From: the human T2T-CHM13v2.0 reference genome, Homo sapiens | Reading direction: 5' to 3' (one strand) | NCBI RefSeq assembly: GCF_009914755.1 | Contig: NC_060927.1 | Length of the DNA: 64,000 bases | Shown here: positions 1 to 14,139 of the stretch, one piece after another | Layout of the letters: every line of letters starts with the position of its first letter | Position numbering within the stretch: the stretch's first letter is position 1 | The notes under the pieces: generated by a model | What the model was told of the DNA's origin: nothing | Seen by the model: only the letters and a program-made list of their open reading frames with translations | Database searches by the model: none | Translations under genes and position numbers: made by a program

Positions 1-7
1 ACCCTCT

Positions 8-11
<4 letters not shown>

Positions 12-61
<50 letters not shown>
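12..61. repeat. (AC)25 microsatellite
   Basis: Uninterrupted AC dinucleotide run read directly. Confidence 0.98.
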
Positions 62-66
<5 letters not shown>

Positions 67-376
67 GCCCTCTATCTGCAGGTTCCTCATTTGAGGATTC
101 AACCAAACTTGGCTCAAAAATATTTGAAAAAAATAACAATAAAGCAACAACTAATAAAAATTTAAAACACAGTATAACAGTTATTTACATAGCGTTTATA
201 TTGTTTTAGGTACTATAATAATCTAGGAATAATTTAAAGTATATGGGAGGAAGTGCGTAGGTTATATGAAAATGCTACGCCATTTTACATAAGGAACTTG
301 AGCATCAGAGAAATTTGGCATTTGCAGGAATCCTGGAATCAATCCTGCTTGTCAAGGGGATGTCAAGGGATGATTG
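61..376 (-). mobile_element. MER2 (TcMar-Tigger non-autonomous DNA transposon)
   Basis: Reverse complement resembles recalled MER2 (ATATAACCTACGCAC.TCCTCCC.TATACTTTAAAT); right end is followed by TA at 377-378. Confidence 0.8.
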
Positions 377-399
377 TACTCATACACAAATATCTATTT

Positions 400-1480
400 A
401 ACTCTTTTATTTCTATTTGGTTTGTTTAGAAGTAAGTGGTAGACATCATGATACTTTACTCTTAAATCTTCAGCATGCATTTATATAGAAGAAAGATATC
501 CTGTTCCACAACCATGATATTATTTTGATACCCAAGATACCTAAGAATGATAAAATGCTTATTTTACATATGGCATACTGTCCATTTTCAAATTTCCAAA
601 ATGTACTTTATTTTATTACTTATTTGTTTTGTAAATTCAGGATCCAATCAGGGATCACACCTTGAATTTGGTTTTCATTGAATAGTTTTCTGACCCCAGT
701 CTAGAACATTTCACTCACTATTTTATTTTTAAATATTTCTATGACTTAGATATTTTTTAAAAATCCAAGTTTTGTAGTAAAATATTCCAACCTCTGGAAT
801 GTTTTCCTAATTTTTAGATTCAGAAAAAATACTTTTGGCAAGAATTGAATTTGGCGATGTTATAAACTTTCTACTGCTTCAAATCAGGTGTTGTACAATA
901 CTGGTTTATTCCATCACCTGGTTCAGGTGGTGCCTGACAAATCTCTCCATTGTAAAGGCACCTTTTCTCTTTGAAATTTATAATCAATGGGGTATCGATT
1001 TGATTTTCTATTTTGTTTCTCTATCTTCTTGAGATTGAAACTTGGCTCACTTTTTTGGGGTGAAGGGGGCATTCTTCCATTTTAATACACACATTTAAAA
1101 TTGCAAACTTACTTATATGCTCCTGAATTTTTATGTCATGTTTTATCATCCTTCCATTAAAAACATTTTCCAATTTCTGTATTTCACCCCGGGATTATTC
1201 ATAAGTGTACTGCTTAATTGCCAAGCAGTTGGAGATTTTCTAGTTATATCTATGTTACTGATCCCTAGCTTATTTTCACCAGGGTTGGAGAAAATACTCT
1301 TGACAAATTTCAGTTCTTTGATGTTTTTGAGGCTTGCCCATGATGAACATATGATCAATTTTGCTACATATTTTATGTTCACTTTTTATGTCACTTTGGC
1401 TAATTTTATGATCATGTTTTTCAAATCTTCTGTATTATTGTCTTTTTTTGGCTAATTCTACTGACCATTGAAAGAAGTAT
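400..1480 (-). mobile_element. Degenerate old L1 (L1MC/L1ME-like) fragments
   Basis: L1M 3'-end-like phrases such as CAGGATCCAATCAGGGATCACAC; T-rich; boundaries approximate. Confidence 0.45.
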
Positions 1481-1489
1481 GTTAGTTTC

Positions 1490-2708
1490 CTACTACTGTA
1501 GCTTTGTGCCAAGTTTTGAAATTAGGAAGTATGAGTACTCCAACTGTGTTCTTTATTTTCAAGATTGTTTGGCTATTTGGGTTTCCTTTTGATTTCATGA
1601 GTTTTAGGATGGAATTTTTCTATTTCTGCAAAAAGCATCATTGGGATTTTGTTAGGTTTTTGCACTGAATCTCTAGATTTCTTTGGGCAATATTGACATT
1701 TAAACAATATTAAGTCTTCCAATCCATGACCATGGGATGTCTTTTTACTTATTTATGTTTTAAAACATTACTTTCAGGAATGTTTTGTAGTTTCTATTTT
1801 TTGATTTTTTTCATGATTCAGTCTTGATAGGTTATATTTCTAGAAATTTGTCCATTTCATCTAGGTTATATAATTTGTTGGCATATAGTTCTTCATAGTA
1901 ATCTTTTAGAATCCTTTATATTAATGTAAAATCAGTAGTTACCTTCTCTCTTTCATGTCTGATTTTAGTTATTTGCCTCTTCTGTTTTTTCTTCTTAGTC
2001 AATCTAGCTACAGGTTTGTCCATTTTTTTTTTTTGTCAATCTTTTTAAAGAACCAACTTTCAGATCTGTTGATTTTCTCTGTGACAGAGCAGGAGCATCG
2101 CCATATGGACAAGCACTGCCATTTTAAGTTCCCCTTGATTAAAAACCACCTAAATCCAGCCCCTAAAACATCAGCCTAATGGCTAATTTCAGCATGACCA
2201 TAAACCACAAATAACACCTCTGTCCAGAAACATTCTAACTCTGAGATAAGCCCCTCTCCAAGCAGAGACATGACAGCCCCGAGATAACCACCCCTCCAAC
2301 CGGGGACTTGCCAGCCCCAAGATAATTTCCCCTCCGACCAAAGATATTCCAACCCTGCAATAAATTTCTCCTCCACACACAAACGTTCTGAACCTGTGAT
2401 AAGTTCTCCCGCCATGAACCCTTAAACACTCTTAGTCTGTAAGAGAGAATGCTCCTGACCAAAATCGGCCAGAAGCTCCTCTCAGGTTTATTCTCCAAAA
2501 GAAACCTGTCTTTGACTGTTGAGCTGCTTTTTGAGTTTCTTTCCTCTTTCTTGAACTCTTACACTCTATTGTTTCTCTATTCTCTGTTTCGTGTATCTCT
2601 ATTATTTTCTTTCTTCTAGTAGCTTTGTGTTTTGTTCTCTTTTTCTTATTGTTCTAGTTCTTTAAGATGTTATGTTAGGTCGTTGATTTGAGACCTTTCT
2701 TCTTTTTT
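1490..2708 (-). mobile_element. Old L1M ORF2 remnant, interrupted by LTR15
   Basis: Antisense L1 ORF2 phrases (TTAAGTCTTCCAATCCATGA, TCCATTTCATCTAGGTTAT, AAAGAACCAACTTT). The L1 text continues across the LTR and resumes at 4266. Confidence 0.8.
2080..2563 (+). mobile_element. Solo ERV1 LTR, LTR15-like
   Basis: TG...CA termini, internal GAGATAA/CCCCTCC sub-repeats and a GC shift relative to the flanks. CTCT on both sides (2077-2080, 2564-2567) fits a short TSD. Confidence 0.8.
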
Positions 2709-4247
2709 TAATTTTTATTATTTATTTAGTTTTTATTATACTTTAAGGTCTAGGGTACATGTGCACAACATGCAGGTTTGTTACATGGGTGTGCATGTGC
2801 CATGTTGGTTTGCTGCACCCATCAACTCATCATTTACGTTAGGCATTTCTCCTAATGGTATCCTTCCTCCATCCTCCCACCCCCCGACAGGCCCTGGTGT
2901 GTGATGTTCCCCACCCTGTGTCCACGTGTTCTCATTGTTCATTTCCCACCTGTGAGCAAAAACATGGGGTGTTTGGTTTTCTGTCCTTGTGATAGTTTGC
3001 TGAGAGTGATGGTTTCCAGCTTCATCCATGTCCCTGCAAAGGACATGAACTCATCCTTTTTTATGGCTGTATAGTATTCCATGGTGTGTATGTGCCACAT
3101 TTTCTTAATCCAGTCTATCATTGATGGACATTTGGGTTGGTTCCAAGTCTTTGCTATTGTGAATAGTGCTGCAATAAACATATGTGTGCATGTGTCTTTA
3201 TAGAAGCATGGTTTATAATCCTTTGGGTGTATACCCAGTAATGGGATCGCTGGGTCATATGGTATTTCTAGTTCTAGATCCTTAAGGAATCACTACACTG
3301 TCTTCCACAATGGTTAAACTAATTTACACTCCAACCAACAGTGTAAAAGTGTTCCTATTTCTCCACATACTCTCCAGCATCTGTTGTTACCTGACTTGTT
3401 AATGATCACCATTCTACCTGGTGTGAGATGGTATCTCATTGTGGTTTTGATTTGCATTTCTCTGATGACCAGTGATGATGAGCATTTTTTCATGTGTCTG
3501 TTGGCCACATAAATGTCTTCTTTTGAGAAGTATCTGTTCATATCCTTTGCCCGCTTTTTGATGGGGTTGTTTGTTTTTATCTTGTAAATTTGTTTAAGTT
3601 CTTTGTATATTCTGGATATTAGCCCTTTGTCAGATGGGTAGATTGCAAAAATTTTCTCCCATTGTATAGGTTGCCTGTTCACTCTGATGATAGTTTCTTT
3701 TGCCGTGCAGAATTAGATCCCATTTGTATATTTTGGCTTTTGTTGCCATTGCTTTTGGTGTTTTAGTCATGAAGTCTTTGCCCATGTCTATGTCCTGAGT
3801 GGTATTGCCTAGGTTTTCTTCTAGGGTTTTTATGGTTTTAGGTCATACGTTTAAGTCTTTAATCCATCTTGATTTAATTTTTGTATAAGGTGTAATGAAG
3901 GGATCCAGTTTCACCTCTCTACATATGGCTAGCCAGTTTTCCCAGCACCATTTATTAAATAGGGAATCCTTTCCCCATTTCTTGTTTTTGTCAGGTTTGT
4001 CAAAGATCAGATGGTTGTAGATGTATGGTGTTAGATTTCTGAGGCTTCTTTTCTGTTCCATTGGTCTGTATATCTGTTTTGACACCAGCACCATGCTGTT
4101 TTGGTTACTGTAGCCTTGTAGTATAGTTTGAAGTCAGGTAGCGTGATGCCTCCAGCTTTGTTCTTTTTGCTTAGGATTGTCTTGGCTATTTGGGCTGTTT
4201 TTTGGTTCCATATGAACTTTAAAGTAGTTTTTTCCAATTCTGTGAAA
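2709..4247 (-). mobile_element. 5'-truncated L1PA (about L1PA7), 3' UTR plus ORF2 C-terminus, frameshifted
   Basis: ORF pieces [24 protein letters not shown] and [22 protein letters not shown]. 18-bp TSD AGACCTTTCTTCTTTTTT at 2691-2708 and 4248-4265, followed by AA (L1 EN site TTTT/AA). Confidence 0.95.
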
Positions 4248-4265
4248 AGACCTTTCTTCTTTTTT

Positions 4266-5400
4266 AAGAAGTGTCTAGAGGTATAAATTTCCATCTTTGC
4301 ACTGCCTTTAATGAATCCTTTCTATTTTAGTGTGTTGTGTTTTCATTTTCCTTTCTCTGTTATTTGATCTTTGACCCACTGGTTGTCTAAGAATGTGTTG
4401 TTTAATTTCTACATATTTGTGAACTTTCCACTTTTACTTCTGCTATTAATTTTTAGTTTCATTCTATTGTGATGGGAAAAAATACTTTGTATAATTGTAA
4501 TCTTTTAAAATGTATTAAGAGTTTTTTGTGGCCTACTATATGGTCTGTTCTGGAGAATGTTCCATGTGCACTTGAGAAAAATGTGTATTCTCCTGTTCTT
4601 GGGTTGAGTGTTCTGTATGTGTCTGTTAGGTCCAATTGGTCTATATTGTTGTTCAAAGTCTTATTTTCTCATTAATATTCTCTCTGGCTGTTTTGTCTTT
4701 TATTGAACATTATTTGAAAACTTCAACATCATTTATTTTGTTCCCAATTTTGGATTATTAATGACATGCATTTTAATAATAATATGTATTTTAAACCCTA
4801 CAAGACATTGCTATTATTGTTTTATACAATTTTCCTTCAGATTTACCCACATATTTTACTTTTTTCTGCTCTTTAATACTTCCTGGAACTATGCCTTAGT
4901 TTATTTGGGGTCATTTGTATTCTGCTTGAGGAACTAATTTTAGTATTACTTGTAATTCCTTGCTTTTATTGTTTAAATTTTTTTTCATTTTTTGTAGTAT
5001 ACTTTTGTCAGGTATAGAATTCTAGACTTGAATTTGCTATGCATTAGCACTTTAAACATGTCATGCATTATCTCATTGATTCTACTGTCCTTTAGAGAAG
5101 TCAACTTCTGGATATATGCTTCATCTTTTGAAGGTGGTATGTCCTTTTTATCCCTCTGGTTGTTTTTAAGATTTTCTCTTTTTTTTTAAGATTTTCAACA
5201 GTTTTACTATGATATATATAGCTTTGTTTTTCTTTGTATTTAACTTGCTTGAATTTTCTGAAGTTTTTTTTGATCTCTGGATTTTTATTTTTATAGGGTT
5301 TGGAATATTATCAGCCATTATATTTTCAAATATTGCTTCTCTTCCATTCTCTCTCTCCTTTCCACTTAAGCATGTTATTTTCTCTCTGTCCCTCATGTCT
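4266..5400 (-). mobile_element. Continuation of old L1M: endonuclease domain and ORF1 remnants
   Basis: ORF 4459-4656 DLTDTYRTLNPRTGEYTFFSSAHGTFSRTDHIVGHK is an L1 EN motif; ORF 5166-5453 (ENGREAIFENIMADNIPN) is ORF1-like. Confidence 0.8.
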
Positions 5401-5409
5401 CTTATGATC

Positions 5410-6120
5410 TTTATTTTTATTTTTGAGTACAAACTAACTAACATAGTCATCATTTTACCTAGCTACTTTTTTGTGTGGGTAGTGAGAATGTTTGAGGCCA
5501 ACTCTCTTAGCAAATTTCAAGTATACAAGACATTGTTGTTAACTATAGTCACCATGCTTTACATTAGGACTGCAGAACTAACTCCTCTTATAACTGAAAG
5601 TCTGTGCTCTTTGACCAACATCTTCTGTTTTCTGCTACTCTCAGTTTCCCAGCCTCTGATAATTACCATTCTATTCACTGCTGCTGAGTTCAATTTTTAT
5701 TTTTAGATTTTACATATAACTAAGATCATGCAGTAGTCTTTCTGTGTCTAGCTGATTCCTCTTAGTATACATCCTACAGATTTATCCATCTTGTTGGAAA
5801 TGCCAGCGTCTTATTCCTTTACTGCTGAATATTACACATATATATTAAGGCATACAACATTTTCTTTATTCAATCATCCATGGACACTAATGTTTTCATA
5901 TCATGGCTACTGTGAATAACACTGCAGTGAACATGACAGTGAATGTTTTCCACATACTGATTTCATTTCCTTTTGATGTACACTTAGAAGATGGATTGCT
6001 GAAACCTATTTTTAAGTTCTATTTTTAAGTTTTTGAGGGACCTCGATATTGTTTTTCATAGTGGCTATACCAATTTATATTCTCACCAGTTGTGTACAGG
6101 ATTCGTTTTTCTTCATATCA
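5410..6120 (-). mobile_element. L1MA9/10-like 3' end
   Basis: CTCTCTTAGCAAATTTCAAGTATACAA and TTAACTATAGTCACCATGCT are typical of L1MA 3' UTRs. Confidence 0.7.
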
Positions 6121-8649
6121 GAATTCTTTCTGTAAACATAGAGTATTATTTAATTTTTTAAAATATTTTGTTTCTCTTTGCTTCTATTTGCATATTTCTT
6201 ATTGACTCTCTTTTGGTTCACAGATCCTATCCTCTTTAATGTCTAATATTCTGCTAGATCTTTCTATTGAATTCTTAATTTTAGATACACTTTCCAATTC
6301 TAAAATTTCAATTTAATTTTTTATTCTGATCCTCTAGTTAAATTGTTCATTATTTTATCTAACATTGTATAATTTTATTTTTAATATAGTTATTTAAAGT
6401 TTTTATTACTTCTAATATCTGAATCATCTGTTGATCTGTTTCTATTGTATTTCTATTTTATTCTATTATTCTATTCAATTCCATTCTGTCCTGTTCTCTT
6501 CCACTCTATTCTCTCTTGATTTTCCATTGAATGGTATTGTTTCTTGACATGCTTAATAATTTTTAATAGATACTTCCAATTCTATAGAAAACAATTTTAG
6601 GGGCTCCAGGTGAAAATTTTTTGGGGAAAGAATTTATCTTACCTGTACTAGTCAGATAGAATAATAGGTGATCATTTTAATTCTACAGGAACTGAGTTGA
6701 ATGGAGACTTGATGGAAGTTTTGTGAACTTTTGGGAGGTGATAAGTCTGCCTGTTTAAAATGACAATGTACAAATATTTTCTCTTCCTCCCCAACACCCT
6801 ACCTTTTCACCCAGAGGGGGTTTATCCATGGGTGATTTCTGCATGAATCCATTATAAAATGGATTACAAAACAATGCTTTTCTTTCCTTGTCATTTCTTC
6901 ATTATTTATGAGCTGGCATTATTCTGTAATGAGTAGTTTTGTTATTGTTTAGGGATTTTTTTTTTAGCATCAATTCGTTTTTGAATTGGCTAGCATGAGC
7001 TCCTTCAAGCTGGCTTATGTGTCCTCCTGACGTATTCCTATGTCTTAATGTTTCTGGTAAGACAAAATTTCTTATGTTTCTCCTTCTCTAGCCCGGGAAT
7101 CAGTTCCTTCAAGGATTTCTGATTCCTTCAAGTGGAGAAAGATATTTTAAAATGAAGATATGGATTCTAAGTGCTATTTCTACTGGCAGATAGATTGCTT
7201 CTAGGTTCCTTGTTTGAGAAGGACTAGAAAATGTGTATGTGTCCATTCATGTATACCCATATACATATATTGATATTTATTTATTTATCTGTTAACCTAC
7301 CTATCTATGTTTATTAAAAGCTATGAGCTAATACCAAGATTTAAAAATTCAATCCAGTACCACAGGATACAATTACATATTCATTTGCTCAAGCCTACAA
7401 GGCACCAAAAGTAGTTTCAGGATTGCTGAAAACCATTATGAGAAGAGATTCTTTTAACTAGAGTTTAATATTTGTTTGCAGTTCTTTCTCTGAGGTAAAA
7501 TTTACATACAGTGAAATTCACAAATCTCTAGTATCCAGTTCAATGCATTCTGACAAGAATATGAGGATTTTTAAGTTCCTTAGTTGGCATTAATGTGTAA
7601 TTTGAGGTGACTAGCCATACACTACTCAGTGGTACCTCCTTAAATTATAAATTGAAATCAACATGGTAAGAGATCTTGCAGCAGTGCTTTAAAGGGGACA
7701 GATTTCTACTGTTTTCAGTTTCTAGTATTCCATCTAAAGTTGCTGATGACGCAAGTTTAAACCATTGACTTAGCAGCAGTAACCCCTAAGCATGTTTTTT
7801 CCCATTAATAGCTATTTTTTCCTCTTTGAAGAGGTATTGCAGAAGCTTTTCTATTTCTTAAAATTGAATTTACCATTTACAGAATGACTTCTTTGACACT
7901 TATGGCCTGATAATTTTAGAGTGCTATCAGAGAAGAGAACTCAAGGGGTGAGAAGCTGAAATGCCCACTCTAGTGTTTTTACACTATTATCTGCAGCGTT
8001 TGAGCAACTATTCCTCTCTCCGTATTCCTTTTGAAGACTTCGAGACTTCTGACACTACTGCTCCCAAGTTACTCACAAAGTTATTTCAGCTCCCAAAGCT
8101 TGAGTTTTTTCTTCTGTTTCCTTGAGGATATATTAAAAAAACTACTTTGAAGGAATTCTAACCAAGCTGAGAATTCTTCTACATTAACAATGCCAGCAGA
8201 CACTTGTGCTCTATATTTTGTGCGTTGATATCTCTTACTGTGAGAATCGGTTGTGATGTGATGATACAGAGGGTTATCTAAGAGACTTTCTCCTTGTGCA
8301 GAAACTTTTATGGTAGAAAAGTATCTTAAGTTGCTTGGTTAAAGGGACAGAGTTTCTGCTGTAGGGTCAACTCTGAAACATGCCCTTGAATTTGCTCTTT
8401 ATCAGGATGATAAAGGGCTTATGGTGATGATTGAACAGGGGCTCTATGAATTCTAATTTTTGTGTTCCTTAGCCACAATTAATTGCAATATTTGTAAAGT
8501 TTTTAATTTTTTTGTATGGTGAGTTTTATTCTCTGAATAAAAAATAGGATCACATTTTTGCAATGCTTTTAATGATAAATTATACATTTTCCCCAAACAT
8601 ATGAAAGTTTGGATGAACATTACTTGTATTGTTGCTTGTTTTCTTTCTA

Positions 8650-8835
8650 AAATAAACTTTAGTATTTAGAACAGTTTTAGATTTACAGAAATAGTGTGAA
8701 GGTAGTGTAGAGAGTTCCCATGAACCCCACGCCCAGTTTCCCCATTCTTGACTCCTTATATTTGAATGGTATGTTTATATAATGAATAAACCAATTTTGA
8801 TATATTATTATGAACTAAAGTCCTTATTTTAGGCA
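8650..8835 (-). mobile_element. L1MC/L1MD 3' terminal fragment
   Basis: TTTAGAACAGTTTTAGATTTACAGAAA...GAGAGTTCCCAT motif. Confidence 0.65.
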
Positions 8836-8869
8836 GTGTTTTATTGGAAAATGGTATTAGAAATTAATA

Positions 8870-9353
8870 ATAGATATACATTTATGTACACATACACACA
8901 GAGAAAGGGATTTATTACAAGGGATTGGGTCATACAATTATGAAGGCTGAGAAGTCCTATAATCTGCTGTCTCTAAGCAGATATCTGGAAAACTTGTGAT
9001 GTGGTTCCAAGGCCTGATTGCTGGAGGGGCGGTGATATAGTTTCTGGTCCCAGTCTGAAGGCCCAAGGACCAGAAGTGCCAAAGAAAAGAGAAAATCAAT
9101 GTCCTAGTTCAAGTAGCCGGGTAGAGGGAAGACAAATTCAACCTTCCTCAATCTTTTTGTTCTATTCAAGAACTCAACAGATTGGGTGATGCCCACCCAC
9201 ATGGTGGAGAGCCATCTGCTTTCCTTGGTCCACCAATTCAAATGCTAACCTGTTATGGAAATATCCTCAGAGACATCCCTAGAAATAATGTCTACTAAGA
9301 TATCTGGGCATCCTGTGGCCCAGTCAAGTTGGTACATAAAATTAATCATAACA
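8870..9353 (-). mobile_element. MLT2 (ERVL) solo LTR
   Basis: GATTTATTACAAGGGATTGG...GGCTGAGAAGTCC near the start; ends CCCAGTCAAGTTGGTACATAAAATTAATCATAACA. Confidence 0.85.
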
Positions 9354-10183
<830 letters not shown>

Positions 10184-10289
10184 GCAATTATGATAAGTTC
10201 TAAGAATAATATAAAGATTATGCTTTGATAGAAAAATAGAAAGATTCGGTGAAAGAAGGGAGGAAAGAATGTTTTATTTAGTCTCTCCG

Positions 10290-10720
10290 TCAACAAATAA
10301 TTATTGAACTCATCACATTCCAGCGACTGGCTCTAGGCGATGGGAGTACAATAGGGAGTACAATAGCAAAACTCTGCCCATCTTCATCACTAGAAGAAGC
10401 AAGCCATAGGCACATTAAAAAAAAACCCCACAAAATAATTGCTAAGATAATTTCAAGAAGAACTGTTAGTAGATTATTTTGTTAATTCAGGCTAGAGATG
10501 ATTTTCAACTGGACCACAGTATTGGTGGTAGATTTAGAAGAAATGAATAGATTCCAGACAGACATTTAGCAAGTAAAAGAAAGGAGTGGCAGACAAATTT
10601 TAGGATGATGTAGGAGGATGGCATCAATAATTATTTTTAGAATTCTGGATTTTCAGCTTTCAATATCTGTCAAATAGTCCACCATTAAAATGTACACAAC
10701 AGTATAACATCTAAGTTGAA
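10290..10720 (-). mobile_element. L2 3' fragment
   Basis: TCAACAAATAATTATTGAAC start and purine-rich L2-like body. Confidence 0.5.
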
Positions 10721-10884
10721 CTTTTTTGGGTCTGTTCCCTGTTTCAAGCAATTTTCAAGTAACTTAGATTAGCATCTCTTAAGCACTCTGTTGGATCAGT
10801 TTCTATTCCATTGAACAAGTCTACAATGATCTCCTCCTGTTCATTAATTCAATTCCAGCTTCTCCTTTTACTTAATTTCTTTGA

Positions 10885-11524
<640 letters not shown>

Positions 11525-12021
11525 TACAGATATTTTTAAGAGGCATAAATTCATAGTATTTGAAATCTGAAAAGCAGATAGGCTGAAAGAGGTAATTGAC
11601 TAAATTAACCTGAGAAAGCAAGATTCTAAAAGCAGAGAAGCACTGAGAACTCTAATATGCATGAAAAAATTCATACTTAGTGAAAATTGAGTATCACTGT
11701 ATTTGGAATTTAGGGAAGGAGACACAGAAAGATGATAGAAGAGAGATACACCCTCATCTACCAAATAGGAAGTCAAAAGGCCATGCCTAAAATAAATTCA
11801 TTTAAAGTCAGCAATTTACATAGAAGTTTAAGATCTGTAAATTTCAGAGGAACTAATTAAGAATATTTGAAGTTATTGCATCTGGTGACGAGTTGGGGGT
11901 TAATAGGGAAATGTTAGACAACTTTGCTACTTCTTATATGTCTGTTAATACTGTTTGACTTTTAAAACTGTGTATATATATTACTTTGAAAAAATAAAGA
12001 AGTTTAAACATTTCCAATAAA

Positions 12022-12327
12022 GGACGGGTACGGTGGATCATGCCTGTAATCCCAGCACTTTGGGAGGCCGAGGCAGGCAGATCACGAGGTCAGGAGATCG
12101 AGACCATCCTGGCTAACAAGGTGAAACCCCGTCTCTACTAAAAATACAAAAATTAGCCAGGCATGGTGGCAGGCGCCTGTAGTTCCAGCTACTCGGGAGC
12201 TGAGGCAGGAGAATGGCATGAACCCGGGAGTCGGAGCTTGCAGTGAGCTGAGATTGCGCCACTGCAGGGCCACTGCACTCCAGCCTGGGCAACGGAGCAA
12301 GACTTCGTCTCAAAAAAAAAAAAAAAA
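12022..12327 (+). mobile_element. AluY, full length, with a small internal duplication (GCCACTGCA twice)
   Basis: GAGATCGAGACCATCCTGGCTAAC; A tail; imperfect TSD around TCCAATAA. Confidence 0.95.
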
Positions 12328-13489
12328 TGTCCAATAAGTTTTACTGATTTTAGTCTTTTACATATGAAAAGAATTATTGGAAGTAGAAGGCATCTAGGAG
12401 AATAACAGGGGCAACATCTGTCCTTTGATAGATGAGAAACCTACGACATGATATAGCTTTGTGTAGCAGTGGAGTTCTCCAAACACAGTCACTGTCAAGA
12501 CTGTGGTTCTTTGCATGTCTAAATTAGTTTCTGCTCCAAATGAAGTCTCAACCATCCTTGTAAAAATGTAAGAATGTGGTCATGGCAATTCAACATGAAT
12601 GCAATGCTGACTTCTTGGCATTGTGTCAAAAATGGTAAATTAAACATATTAAAAACAAGGCAGGCAGTGTTGTCTCAGTGACTAGCCATGGTAACTGTTA
12701 GGAATTAGACTGAAATCTGGATGCAGGAGAGGAAAAGTGTTTATGTATTTCAATGAGAGGGAAAGTGGAACACACTGTGTATAGGCTGAATTGAAAGAAT
12801 ACTAATGGGAGTGACAGTAATGAGATTATATGTATTATAAGCACTGACAATTATACTCTCATTACTAAAATACACAAAGGGAATGAACACAATTATGTAG
12901 CAGATACCATGGGACAATGAACTTATTATACCCATTTGCAGTGTAGTCTATAAAAGTTTGCTGCTATAGTTTATGCTTTATGGGAGCAAAATCAAGTGTT
13001 TCCCCTCTTATACCTTTATAAGGTGGGCTCCTTATATGACACTCCATTGCCACTGGTTCCATTACAAAAGGGTTATGGCCAAAGCACACTTTATCTATGA
13101 GGACCAGCACTTCGTCTAACGTGATGTGTTTCTCCAGCATTGCAGAATCTAGCAGTGCCGATTAATTCCAGGATGCCGGATCAGCATTGGATGACCTTCC
13201 AGAGATAATGCCCAAATATGTTGGAGATGGGGGGAAGGGCAGTGCATACCAGACTGTGCTAATTTATTTTCATTGAAATGATTTACTGCAATACATTGGT
13301 TCACAATAATAAACAAAAGTAGAAAAGTTGTTACGAAGCACTTACTATATGATAGTTATTATGTAAGCACTTTATGTATAGTATTTATAATTGATACATT
13401 TAGAACTAGAAAATAGATTATTCATTTGGAACTGTGACCATCAGGAAAATATTTCTGTTCACTTCATGCAAGATATGGCTTAATATATA

Positions 13490-14047
13490 TGAAAATGGGA
13501 TCTAATTAAAGAGCTTCTGCACAGCAAAAGAAACTGTCGTTAGAGCGAACAGGCAACCTACAGAATTGGAGAAAATTTTTGCAATCTATCCATCTGACAA
13601 AGGGCTAATATCCAGAATCTACAAAGAATGCAAACAAATTTACAAGAAAAAAACAACCCCATCAAAAAATGGGTGAAGGATATGAACAGACACTTCTCAA
13701 AAGAAGACATTAACGCAGCCAACAAACATATGAAAAAATGCTCATCATCACTGGTCATTAGAGAAATGCAAATCAAAACCACAATGAGATACTATCTCAT
13801 GCCAGTTAGAATGGTGATCATTAAAAATTCAGGAAACAACAGACGCTGGAGAGGATGTGGAGAAATAGGAATGCTTTTACATTGTTGGCGCAAGTATGAA
13901 TTAGTTCAAACATTGTGGAAGACAGTGTGGCCATTCCTCAAGGATCTAGAACCAGAAATACCATTTGACCCAGCAATCCCATTACTGGGTATATAGCCAA
14001 AGGATTATAAATCATTCCACTATAAAGAAACATGCACACATATGTTT
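13490..14047 (+). mobile_element. Internal L1PA ORF2 fragment truncated at both ends
   Basis: ORF 13628-13996 [18 protein letters not shown]...[13 protein letters not shown]; no 3' UTR, poly(A) or TSD visible. Confidence 0.93.
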
Positions 14048-14139
14048 TCTTCCTATAAACTGGAGTAGGTATGATTTTGGGGAGCAGCAGTAATTTGGGA
14101 TCATAGAGAAGGTGAAAAATCAAGTCATTTTGGGTCAGA

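Noticed and set aside
5209-5706. 165-aa hydrophobic, membrane-protein-like ORF
   Set aside because: Antisense reading of T-rich L1 sequence yields F/L/I-rich pseudo-ORFs; the same applies to 1117-1455 and 61952-62212.
10342-10366. 12-bp tandem duplications (GGGAGTACAATA twice; also TTGAACTTGGAA twice at 36225-36252)
   Set aside because: Ordinary slippage events inside old repeats.
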